Under the pieces are notes generated by a model. The model searched no databases. It saw only the letters and a list, made by a program, of their open reading frames with translations, and had not been told where the DNA came from. DNA of 64,000 nt, from the NCBI GenBank assembly GCA_008369845.1, contig MRSU01010797.1:1-64000 (forward strand). Direction: 5' to 3'. Source of the stretch: Trichomonas gallinae. Its lineage: Eukaryota. Positions 1 through 9,724 of this stretch are shown here, in pieces. The first letter of the stretch is position 1. Each line of letters starts with the position of its first letter. The translations under genes were made by a program, and so were the position numbers.

Positions 1-76
1 GTCCGCTTATTCAACAATGTGTCGGGGTTCTTGTACGCGTAGCGGACAAGAAACACGCACATTGTATTACTTCACT
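1..76. mobile_element. Candidate terminus of an inserted element (transposon-like end with subterminal hairpin)
   Basis: Abrupt switch from MATE codons to GC-richer sequence. Imperfect hairpin at 14-65 (ACAATGTG/CACATTGT, TTCTTGT/ACAAGAA, CGC/GCG) plus GTCCGCT (1-7), which is the reverse complement of 41-47. The end reads AGTGAAGT... on the minus strand. The rest lies outside the window. Confidence 0.45.
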
Positions 77-952
77 TTTCTGCATAACTAAAGTTGGAAT
101 GACGACAGAAACGTTCATGATGAGGGCAGAGAAGCCTGTTTTGAGGGCCTCCCATGTTTCTGATATGAAACATTTGAGATAAAGCGAGAATTTCGGTTTT
201 GCAGCAAATTTGCCACAAAACAGAAGAGTTAGGATAATAACAGCCGGGATAAACATGGCAATTTCTGTGGCTAATGATGATCCGATTGTTCTTTTGAGCA
301 AATACAAGAGAAGAGGATCCCAACAAACCATATTCAACAACATCGATGCGATTTGGGCTCCTCCATAAGCCCATGTTCTTCCTTCAGCTTGTAGAACACC
401 ACAGACGCAATGATAATGACATGTCACGAAATTTAGTGCTAATAATGGAATTATATAATCAAAAGCGAGGTGAATGACTTCAGAACCAGCATCAAGGAAT
501 CTAAACAATGGTTTGGCTATTGGGAACAGAATTGCAGGAACAATCATTCCCAAAATAATGCAAATTCTGAATAAGTCCACAGCAACTTGATTGACCTTCT
601 CATACTCCTTCTTTGAGAACAAGTATGACATCTCAGTCGAAGCACCTGTCGAAACGAAATAACCGAAAGATAATGCGGTATTATCAATCACGTATGCAAC
701 AGATAGAGCGGTAAGACCAAGTTCTCCAATGAATCTCGTGACCCACATCGAATCTACAACGCCATACAATGAGTTAACAATCTGAGATATTAATGGGCCC
801 GGACATAATCTCATGATTGTCTTAAGCGGGGGAAATCCGCCTAATCTCTTGTGCTCATCCTCTTTCTCACTGCCTGTGTCATCATTGATATCGATATGGA
901 CATCGACAGTTTCCTGTTTCTGTGAATTTTCACTATTTATGATTTCACTCAT
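11..952 (-). pseudogene. MATE (MatE/NorM-like) efflux transporter, C-terminally truncated or interrupted at about nt 77
   Basis: MATE N-terminal signature (PLISQIVNSLYGVVDSMWV...IGELGLTALS; GVLQAEGRT; NMVCWDPLLLY). Only about 292 aa of MATE-like sequence precede a 21-aa non-MATE tail (SEVIQCACFLSATRTRTPTHC) and a stop; full MATE proteins have about 12 TMs and more than 400 aa. Confidence 0.75.
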
Positions 953-1380
953 AAAAAAACAATGACATGACAGAAATTTTTAAGACCACACATAGTGATT
1001 CAACTTCTAAAAGCTATCATAATTTTAAACCAGAAACCACACATAAACCAAATCTATTGTTAGGTTCGACTTTTTATCGGATTAGGAAACAATTTTGTAA
1101 ACTGCTGAATTTTAAATTTTTCTTCACAATTTACTTGATAAACTATTGAATTCGATCGGTTTATTCACAAAATTTTGTAAACTAATCAATTTATTTTCAT
1201 AATTTTTTTCTGTAACTAAAAATTTCCAACATATTTATCAATAGGTTTTTTAAACATGTAATTCTTGAATTCGAATTTGAATTTTTCGTTTTCATCGCGC
1301 TTCACAAAAATTAAGACTTTTGAGAACTCATATTCAAATTTGAATGAACAAAAATTCTTTTTTTTTAATTTTATTTTGGG

Positions 1381-2061
1381 AAATTTCCAACAGAATTGGT
1401 TTAAACAAAACCATAAATATTTACAACTATAGCTATATTTAAAATGCTTCAACATCATTAATTATACATCTGAACTTTTCCAAAATCCATCCCATCCCTA
1501 TCCCAAGTGTCATTTTTTTTTTAAGATTTTTTGTAAATTCAAGTGTTTTAATTTAATGAAATAGCATCTATTATAATGCTAAATTTGAATGCACTCTAAG
1601 AAAAATGATTTTCTCTATGTTTTGTTTTTTTCGATTCATCTGAACTTGATGTTTGAGTCAAAATAACTTTGCATCTCGAAAGCATGCAGTATGGATATGG
1701 TAATGTACAGGAAGGATTCAAGAAAGAATCCCCTACTTTTTTTTTATTTTGGGATATGGGAATCCCATCCCATAATCGTACGGCCAAAGATTAGAACCCA
1801 TTTTTACTGTGTGCATTTTATTATGAACCGGAGTTCATAATAAAGAGTTTTATTTATCAACAACTAGGCTGCAGCGTTAATAATAATCAAAACTAATTAA
1901 TTTGACATTCTGCCAGATAAAAATACATGCATCAAATTTTTGTCACCTTTTTCTAATGGTCAACTAAAATTGCTTGGTCAAAATTCCCAACTGAATTGGT
2001 TTAAACTAAAACATAAATATATACAACTATAGCTATATTTCAAATGTTTCAACATCATTAA
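1381..2061. repeat. Direct repeat pair, 81 bp, at 1381-1461 and 1981-2061
   Basis: Ungapped alignment with 7 mismatches in 81 nt; copies are exactly 600 bp apart. Confidence 0.9.
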
Positions 2062-2350
2062 AATTCTCTTTTTGATTTTGGGAAAAATACAAAAATTTAA
2101 ATATAAATGTCAGATTTTTTCTATTACAAATATGAAATAGGGTGGCAGACATTTTTCACGTGATTTTGTCTCATATTCAAAATATAAGTAGTTATGCCCA
2201 CAGTGATAAGTTTTATAGGAGTCTAACAAGCTTTGCTATACTCAATTTCCAAAATTTCTGTCACTCTTCATATGCCAGATTGTTTCTAAAGTCAAATATG
2301 CCATGTAAAGAAAAATTTGATCGAAATATGACGTATAAAGTATCATAAAG

Positions 2351-2638
2351 ATGTCTCAGGATGTAATCGACCTTACGGCCGATGATGAATCCGATGGCGA
2401 GCCAAATATGAGACCGCGCAAGCTTAAGCCGTATAAATTCAAGCCATTACCTCAAACAGAAGATTACGGTGATCTTACGTGTAAAGTTTGCCTGACCAAC
2501 AAGATTAACATGATCACTTATCCATGTTCTCATGCTTGTATGTGCGATGAGTGCTTTAGGGCACTTCCAGTACCAAAACAATGCCCTATTTGTCGAAAGT
2601 ATATTACAAGAGTTGTTTTTGTAATCTTTCCAACATAA
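2351..2638 (+). CDS. Small RING-HC (C3HC4, IAP/MGRN-type) zinc-finger protein, putative E3 ligase
   Basis: CKVC-x11-CSHACMCDEC-x8-CPICR pattern; Inr-like TCATA just upstream of the ATG. Confidence 0.9.
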   Translation: MSQDVIDLTADDESDGEPNMRPRKLKPYKFKPLPQTEDYGDLTCKVCLTNKINMITYPCSHACMCDECFRALPVPKQCPICRKYITRVVFVIFPT

Positions 2639-3010
2639 TCAAAGAATTACTAGCTATGAAATATTTAAGAATTTATTAACGAAATTTCGAACCGACGGAT
2701 TCACAACAATTATATCTTTTAATACAATTTAATTATATCTTGTATCGGAGCCATCTGTCATTCACTATACGAAAAGCATCAAATTTACAAAGCAAATCTA
2801 CAAAATGCAATATATATTTTAATCAAAATATCAGATCCATGGAAACTAATGGATGATTTAGATTGAGCTGACAGTATTATTAAGCATGGATCATATATTT
2901 TTATACTAAACAGTTTAGAATTTATAAAATTTTCAAAATTTTATTTCTTGCCATTTGCCAAAATCTTAAGATTTATTTGTCAAATTCGAAACGATTATTC
3001 AAAAGTTATA

Positions 3011-4732
3011 ATGTTTACATTGTTATTGCATACATCATATAGTAATTTATTAAAAATCCATGTTGATTCAATGCAGAGCCCGAAGAGCGCTCTTCCTTTG
3101 AATCCATTGGACTATATAAGCATTTGCAATTATGATAACTTTTCGTATAGTGACAGAAAATTCGGGGAAATCATAATTGGAGAAAAATTAGGATACATCA
3201 ACGAAAATATAACATGCATAAATCCTAAACCAAAGAAACTCACATGCAAAAAGAAAATTTCAGAAATAGAATTTGATAAAATCACAAAAGCAATTGATAA
3301 CGAGTACAGACTTCAGTTCTCTATCATGGGAATGCCAATTGCTTCATATACACCATCGCAGTTCCGCTACTCTGGAGTGCCATTAGGATTCAAAGATGGC
3401 ACAGATTATCTTCTCAGAACGAAATACAACTTCCAAGCAGCATGCAATGCGAAATATCCTGGATATGCCGTTCAATTCGATTCAGTTACTTCAGGTGACG
3501 TTTATCAAATATTAAAGTCTGAACAAGAAATTGAATTCGAGTATACACTTGCATCGAAAGAACCTGATGCATCATTATCATCTACAAATAGAGATCCAGA
3601 ATTTAGAATATCTGGTTTCAGATCGAAACTCTATTTACTTTTATCATTTATAATCACTGCTATGACGGTTGTTGCATCCATTTGGATTTTTGTTCAAGTT
3701 GGCAGTGCTGATGATGTTCAAAATCAAGATTTATACGGATATGATGATCAAAGTGATTTTAAAGTCATGGATGAAATCGGATGGAGATTATTGCATGGTG
3801 ATATATTCAGAAGTCCACAATATCCAATTCTATTATCATCTTTAGTTGGTGTTGGCTTTGATTTTCTTATTTCTCTTCTTGTTGTTTTCATTTTCACTGC
3901 AATTGGAATTTTCGAAGTCATCTCGTTCTCCACATTCGTTGAGCCATTCTTGCTCATCTACTTCATTGTCACTCCTATCAATGGATTTTTATCCACGAAA
4001 TTATTTAAGACAATCGGCAGACAGTTCTGGAAGCGCAACCTTCTCACTGCAAGCCTTCTCGGTCCATGCTTCTTCGCATCATTGTACTTGCTTTTGCAGT
4101 TTAATTTAGCTGGAAAAGAATCAACAGCTTCAATTTCACTGAAATACTTCTTAAAGACAGCATTTATACTCACTATAGGCTGCTTTGCATTCCACTTCTT
4201 TGGCGCAATTCCTGCTCTTAAAGGCTCTCCATTCGAATTCCCAACAACAATCAACCAACTGCCGAGATACATTCCACAGCAGTCCTTCTTCCATTCCATA
4301 TTTGTTTCAATGGTTGTTGGTGGATTCCAGACATTTGTTATTATTGCTTTAGATTTCCATTTGATTTTAGAGTCAATGTGGACAGGTTTATCATTCTTCG
4401 AATCATGGGGCCATGCTGCTCTTTCTTTAATCCTCTGCGTCATATGTTCCGCTGGAGCTTCTGTTTTATCAATATATATGTCGATTTCCAACGAAGACTA
4501 CAGGTGGTGGTGGAAAGCGTTCATGACATCAGCTGCTGGTGGCATCTATATATTCATCTACTCATTTGGCTATGCAATATTCTCCATTAGGCCAACATTT
4601 GGCGGAATTATGCCATATTTCATTGAGTCAACGCTCATGGGATTCGTTTCATCATTGGCACTTGGCTGTTCTGGTTTCATCGGATCATTTATATTCGTTT
4701 GCGCTCTATATAGTGCTTTGAAGATGGAATAA
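3011..4732 (+). CDS. Endomembrane protein 70 / TM9SF nonaspanin
   Basis: GWRLLHGDIFRSP, FEFPTTINQLPRYIP, EDYRWWWKAF and C-terminal YSALKME are hallmark TM9SF motifs. Start set at the first ATG (3011); the ORF track uses an upstream TTG. Confidence 0.93.
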   Translation: MFTLLLHTSYSNLLKIHVDSMQSPKSALPLNPLDYISICNYDNFSYSDRKFGEIIIGEKLGYINENITCINPKPKKLTCKKKISEIEFDKITKAIDNEYRLQFSIMGMPIASYTPSQFRYSGVPLGFKDGTDYLLRTKYNFQAACNAKYPGYAVQFDSVTSGDVYQILKSEQEIEFEYTLASKEPDASLSSTNRDPEFRISGFRSKLYLLLSFIITAMTVVASIWIFVQVGSADDVQNQDLYGYDDQSDFKVMDEIGWRLLHGDIFRSPQYPILLSSLVGVGFDFLISLLVVFIFTAIGIFEVISFSTFVEPFLLIYFIVTPINGFLSTKLFKTIGRQFWKRNLLTASLLGPCFFASLYLLLQFNLAGKESTASISLKYFLKTAFILTIGCFAFHFFGAIPALKGSPFEFPTTINQLPRYIPQQSFFHSIFVSMVVGGFQTFVIIALDFHLILESMWTGLSFFESWGHAALSLILCVICSAGASVLSIYMSISNEDYRWWWKAFMTSAAGGIYIFIYSFGYAIFSIRPTFGGIMPYFIESTLMGFVSSLALGCSGFIGSFIFVCALYSALKME

Positions 4733-4923
4733 GATATTATTATTTTTCATTTTTATATAAAATTTGACTTGTTATTTTTAAAAATAATATATACATAATC
4801 TAAGGTTTTCGTTATTTTATTATAATAACATGAAAATGAAATTATGACACATAAATATTTTACATGACAAATATGAAATTTATGTGACATATTTGGAAAA
4901 TTTCATATAAAAGTGACTTCAAA

Positions 4924-5586
4924 ATGTTTCCCTTCTTTTTGTTTCTGTCGCAATCGATGATATACGAGCTCAATGAGCACTATTTCAAGGCTTTCATAAC
5001 TGAAGGAAAGAAAACAATGCCTTGGTTTGTAATGTTTTTCACTAAAGATTGCCCTTCTTGTTCACAAGTTTCTGCTGAGTTTGAGAAAGCACAGGAACAC
5101 CTTGAGGGCTTTGTACAGTTTGCATATGCAGACTGCAATAAAAATCCAACAGCTGTGAAACAATATAATATTAAAGCAGTTCCTATTTTCATGTTATTTA
5201 CGTCTGAAGAGCACTTCAAGTTCAATGGAATGTATACGACAACAGGAATGCTCCAATTCATCACAGAATCTTTGAGCACAAATATTGATGAAATTGATGA
5301 AACTTGGACAACAAGAACAGATCCAATGGTTCTGTTATTCCATCGCGCATTCAAAGCTCCAATGCTTCTTACAGCAGCTTCTGCCGCATTCAGAAAATAT
5401 AATATAACTTTTGCAATGACGCGTGATAACGACGCCATCAATGCATTCGGTAAGCCATCATTACCATCTTACTACTTTTATAAAGATGGAGTTGGAACAA
5501 GATATAAAGGTGCTAAAGATATCCAGCCTTTCATTAAGGCCATATCAGAGCATTTTGGATATAATATAGTATATAATGAATTATAA
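4924..5586 (+). CDS. Thioredoxin-fold / PDI-like ER protein
   Basis: Short hydrophobic N-terminus, WFVMFF-x3-CPSC active site, YNIKAVP cis-Pro loop, C-terminal YNEL (xxEL ER-retention-like). Confidence 0.85.
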   Translation: MFPFFLFLSQSMIYELNEHYFKAFITEGKKTMPWFVMFFTKDCPSCSQVSAEFEKAQEHLEGFVQFAYADCNKNPTAVKQYNIKAVPIFMLFTSEEHFKFNGMYTTTGMLQFITESLSTNIDEIDETWTTRTDPMVLLFHRAFKAPMLLTAASAAFRKYNITFAMTRDNDAINAFGKPSLPSYYFYKDGVGTRYKGAKDIQPFIKAISEHFGYNIVYNEL

Positions 5587-5776
5587 TTTTACTCCAAATA
5601 AAATTTGTATTTTTGAATAAACATGTAATTGCATTCAAACTAGTAGATTTCATTAATAAAAGTCAATATAAAACGATTTATCGATGATGCTATAAATGAT
5701 ATCGCTGATAAATCGATTGAAATAATTTTTGACTAAAGAAAAATCATTTTCTTTGGAAAATAGCTACTGTATCGCA

Positions 5777-6160
5777 TTAATTTTTGTTAACATGAAGATT
5801 AAATCGGTCCAATATGGATTTCATTTGTGCTTTGTCAATTGTTTCGCAGACTTGAGCAACTTCTGACATAACTTTTGGATAGTCAACGGAATATCGTAAG
5901 TCTGCTTTAGTGTTTAGTGCTGATGGTGAAGGTGTAATAATAATCTGCCGTGTATCGACGAATGACTCTGTTGAATTAAGTGCTCTAGTTGCAGAATCGA
6001 CTGATTCATATATAACTTCGGCATTACCTTTACCATTAATTCCAATCGCGATAATTTTTCCAAATTTCGAGAAATGCCCATAAATGATTGGTATTTTAAG
6101 GTACTCACTGGGTACATCTTCAAGGTTAATGATTTGAGATATCTTAATATCTTTGGCCAT
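5777..6160 (-). CDS. RRM-domain protein
   Basis: HFSKFGKI...GNAEVIYESVDSATRAL RRM pattern; first ATG at 6160. Confidence 0.75.
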   Translation of the reverse strand: MAKDIKISQIINLEDVPSEYLKIPIIYGHFSKFGKIIAIGINGKGNAEVIYESVDSATRALNSTESFVDTRQIIITPSPSALNTKADLRYSVDYPKVMSEVAQVCETIDKAQMKSILDRFNLHVNKN

Positions 6161-6222
6161 TTTTAACAAATAATAATGTCAAGAAAATACTATATGATAT
6201 GTAAAACTCAGAAAAAAAATTA

Positions 6223-6327
6223 AAATGACATGTAAATGTTAGAAATTAAAAATTGTCATGTAAAATTTGCCAAATAATTATCATAAATGACACGTAAATG
6301 TCAAAAATTAAAAATTGTCATGTAAAA
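6223..6327. repeat. 43-bp direct repeat (6223-6265 and 6285-6327) in a divergent promoter; each copy carries two TGWCAYGTAAA motifs
   Basis: AAATGACATGTAAATGTTAGAAATTAAAAATTGTCATGTAAAA versus AAATGACACGTAAATGTCAAAAATTAAAAATTGTCATGTAAAA. Confidence 0.85.
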
Positions 6328-6419
6328 GTGCGAAAATTTAGACGTCTGATTTTACATGTCAAAAGTACGATAATAAAATAATTTATATTTGACGCAGTCA
6401 GAAAAATAAAACATAATAC

Positions 6420-7133
6420 ATGGAAGCATCTGAGGACCATCCATTCACAATTCTTCTTCACATCAACATTCTTAACTATCTCATCCTGATTTTACCGCTG
6501 GCTGCTCTCATTATCGGCACAGCGATCCATTTTGGAACAAAAGAAAATATTAAATATAATTTCCCATACATCACTGATGTTGTTCCTTATCAGCCAGAAG
6601 GTAAAATAGTTAGCATTTTCATGATGGTTAGCTCCATTATCATGTTCATTATCTTCTATTCCAGGCTGACGGCATTCAAAATCATGCGCAAACTCAAGCC
6701 GAAAATGAGTGAAAAGAAATACAAGCCAGCTATGATGACACTTTCTATTTCGGGATACATTTGCGTTGCATTCCACTTTTTAATGACATTTATTTCTGTT
6801 GGTGAATCCGAGATCGCCCATGCTATTTTCGTCAACATCATGTATCTTAGTGGTATCGTTTACATGTTTGCTCTCGACATCACTCTTAAGACGATTTATT
6901 TGTCATCTCGCATGTTTTCTAGAATTTTGTCAATGGCATCATTTGCAGTCACATTTTCATTTTTAGTTCTTCGCTATTTCATACCAATGGACCAAGGAGA
7001 TATGATCCGTATCACAATTGCTAACTTATTTGGTGATTTGGCCTTTATCTGTCTTTATACTAAGATTTTCATCGTCAAATTCGATATTCCTCCGATTGGC
7101 GTTCGCGTTTCACGCAGAATTTCCATTAATTAA
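6420..7133 (+). CDS. Frag1/DRAM/Sfk1 (TMEM150-like) multi-pass membrane protein
   Basis: About six hydrophobic segments; FPYITD...PEGKI after TM1 and a His in IAHAIF match the family pattern. Confidence 0.7.
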   Translation: MEASEDHPFTILLHINILNYLILILPLAALIIGTAIHFGTKENIKYNFPYITDVVPYQPEGKIVSIFMMVSSIIMFIIFYSRLTAFKIMRKLKPKMSEKKYKPAMMTLSISGYICVAFHFLMTFISVGESEIAHAIFVNIMYLSGIVYMFALDITLKTIYLSSRMFSRILSMASFAVTFSFLVLRYFIPMDQGDMIRITIANLFGDLAFICLYTKIFIVKFDIPPIGVRVSRRISIN

Positions 7134-7434
7134 GTACAAAATTTTTATTAATTGTTTGTATGACAAAAATTTGCGAGCCAAGCGCCTTCTAAAGTTCTAT
7201 TATGCTTATTTCACTCTTTTTCTATTCGATTTATAAAGATTAATATTTTTTCAAAATATTTTTCACAGCTAATACCTATAAATCAATCAACAAATCTTTG
7301 ATAGAATTGAAGAAAAGCATAAACGCGTAAACATTTCTGAATTTTCTTAGAATATCAAAAATTTATAAAATGTTCAAATAGGGAATTCGAAAAATAAATA
7401 AAAATTATTATCTACAGGAATTTAAATCAGTATT

Positions 7435-8205
7435 TTAGAAATTCTTCTTTTCAAAATCATGCATATCGAAAACATCAGTCTGATCAACCCATTCAACACC
7501 ATTCTCTGTAATATGGACAACAGTAACACGGCCACCGGAGCCAGAATCACGATATGTAGCATGGTAAATTGCCTTACGACCAAGCTCGCAGGCCTCTTCT
7601 TTTGTCATATCCTCACGATAGCATGTATCAAGAACGCCATAAGCATGTGTTGAGCCAGAGCCTACGGAGAAGCGCTTGCCAGCAATACGTGAGCCATCGT
7701 TATCGATGTAGAAAATATGTGGACCTGCGTTGTCGTAACCGCAAATCATAGAACCAATAGAAAGGTTGTAGCCCTTATATTCGTAAAGTGCGTTGACAAG
7801 GAGTTTTGAGGCAGCAGCAACTGTTAATGGTTGCTGATAGCGGAATTTGTGAAGTTGAATAAGGCGAGAAAGATAGCGTAACCAATACTGGCAGTCAGCA
7901 GCACCACCAGCCATTGTACCAATCATATTTGGTGCAATTGGAAGGATTTTCATAACTGTTTGAGAGAAAATGAATTGGCCACCTGTGGCACGAGAGTCAA
8001 CGGCAACAACAATACCGCCATTGTAGATGAAGGAGAGTGTTGTTGTACCATGGACGGCGGCCATTTTATTAGGCTCGTTTGTATAACTTAAAGAAAGGTG
8101 ATTTTTAATAAATTGGCATGGGTCCGGAACATTAGCTGGTTCTAATGCTCTTGCTGGCTCCTCACGTTCGAGCTCCTGAGGGGAGGCAAGATACAGTTCT
8201 TGCAT
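7435..8205 (-). CDS. PSMB5: 20S proteasome subunit beta-5 (chymotrypsin-like), with 53-aa propeptide
   Basis: HG|TTTLSF, AVDSRAT, GTMAGGAADCQYW, SVGSGS, ATYRDSGSGG. Confidence 0.97.
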   Translation of the reverse strand: MQELYLASPQELEREEPARALEPANVPDPCQFIKNHLSLSYTNEPNKMAAVHGTTTLSFIYNGGIVVAVDSRATGGQFIFSQTVMKILPIAPNMIGTMAGGAADCQYWLRYLSRLIQLHKFRYQQPLTVAAASKLLVNALYEYKGYNLSIGSMICGYDNAGPHIFYIDNDGSRIAGKRFSVGSGSTHAYGVLDTCYREDMTKEEACELGRKAIYHATYRDSGSGGRVTVVHITENGVEWVDQTDVFDMHDFEKKNF

Positions 8206-9724
8206 TAAAAATGTTTATCGTCCTCATTTGACCAGGTATAGCTGAACAATTATTTTCACTTTTATCGTACTTATCATGTCTTTTTTATATATTTTTGGTT
8301 ATTTTATCACTTTATATGTCTATTTCATACAGAAAATATGGAATTTTATTGATATATCATTTTTTTCTAATTTAGATATCAGTTATTAGCTTATAAACTT
8401 TTGGATATAAATATATATTTATATATCTACATATTTGTTCATTTCTAATTGTGTATTACCATATGAATTTAATAATTCAAAATATTATTTTAATATAAAT
8501 CATGAAACTGAGTTCTTTAAATAGGTTGATTGCTATATAATTTATAATAAGAAGCTATTGTAGTTTGCTAATGATCTATTTATTTTATTTTGGGCGAAAA
8601 TGAATTTTGAGTGTGTCTTTCCTTTAGAATTTTTTTGATATTAAAAGGCAAAAATGTTGCATGGTATTTTAGCTTATATTTCATCGATTTAGATTGTTGA
8701 AAAATAGATTATTGAATTTGAAAATCAAATAACATATATAAATTTTTAATTTTGGTAAATTATTATCTAATTGATATTAAATTCTCCAAATTGCTCTATA
8801 AATAAAGTAAATTTCAACTCGGATTTGTGCACTAATTAATTTTATAAACGAAAAAGATGTCTATTGCATACAACTTAATAAATTACGATCTTAAAATCAG
8901 CTATAATTCAGTAGTTCAGCAATGTAAAGAGTATATACAAGACCAAAATTTATAGCTATACCTGTATCCCATGATAATTCTCAACAAAAATATAGCTCAC
9001 AATAAGACTTTTCGAATTGTAGATGTGGTTGATCACAAAAATCCACTTTTACTCGGGTTGCTATACAAATAAATATTCTTGTGTCTGCATATTAAAATAG
9101 TATAGATATTTATATATATTTTTGTTCAGTTTGTTTTGTCATATGCCCATACTGGCTGATTCCACACAATAAACGATTCGCCGATAGATTATGCTAAATT
9201 CATCATCGCAAAAGTGACTTAATTATCCAAAATAGAAGACATAAAGCATATTATTTGATATATTTATCTGCTATAGATATTGATGTTATATTTAAAGCAT
9301 ATCAATCTTGTTAATAATTTCTTTTCTCCCAAAAGAATCTTATGAATTAAGGAACTTTGTGCAGTGGAGTAATAGATTTATGATGTCTACATAGATTTTT
9401 TGTTTGTAAAAGTGATGGATATGCATCATATGATGAAAATCATTTGGAAATATAGTAGTGTTATTGAATTGAATGCTGAGAAATGCCAAAATAATGATAT
9501 AAATAAAGATAGTTGTCTGCATTCGAGAAATGGACAATTGTTGGTGATTTCAATTATCTGACAAATGTCAGAAATTTCATTTTAGCCTTTTTATTTTTCG
9601 ATTTTTATTCGATATTTGTAAGTAACATGTATAGATAAGTGTAAAAATAAAATAAAAAGGATAATTCAGTTTTCAAAACTAGATAAAGCGTAATTTTTTT
9701 ACCCTTTTTCATAATTTTTTTAAA

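Noticed and set aside
967..2348. Short intergenic ORFs (967, 1216, 1596, 2142; similarly 9340, 21090, 53640, 54642)
   Set aside because: AT-rich F/K/I/N-biased translations, often with non-ATG starts and no motifs; expected by chance.
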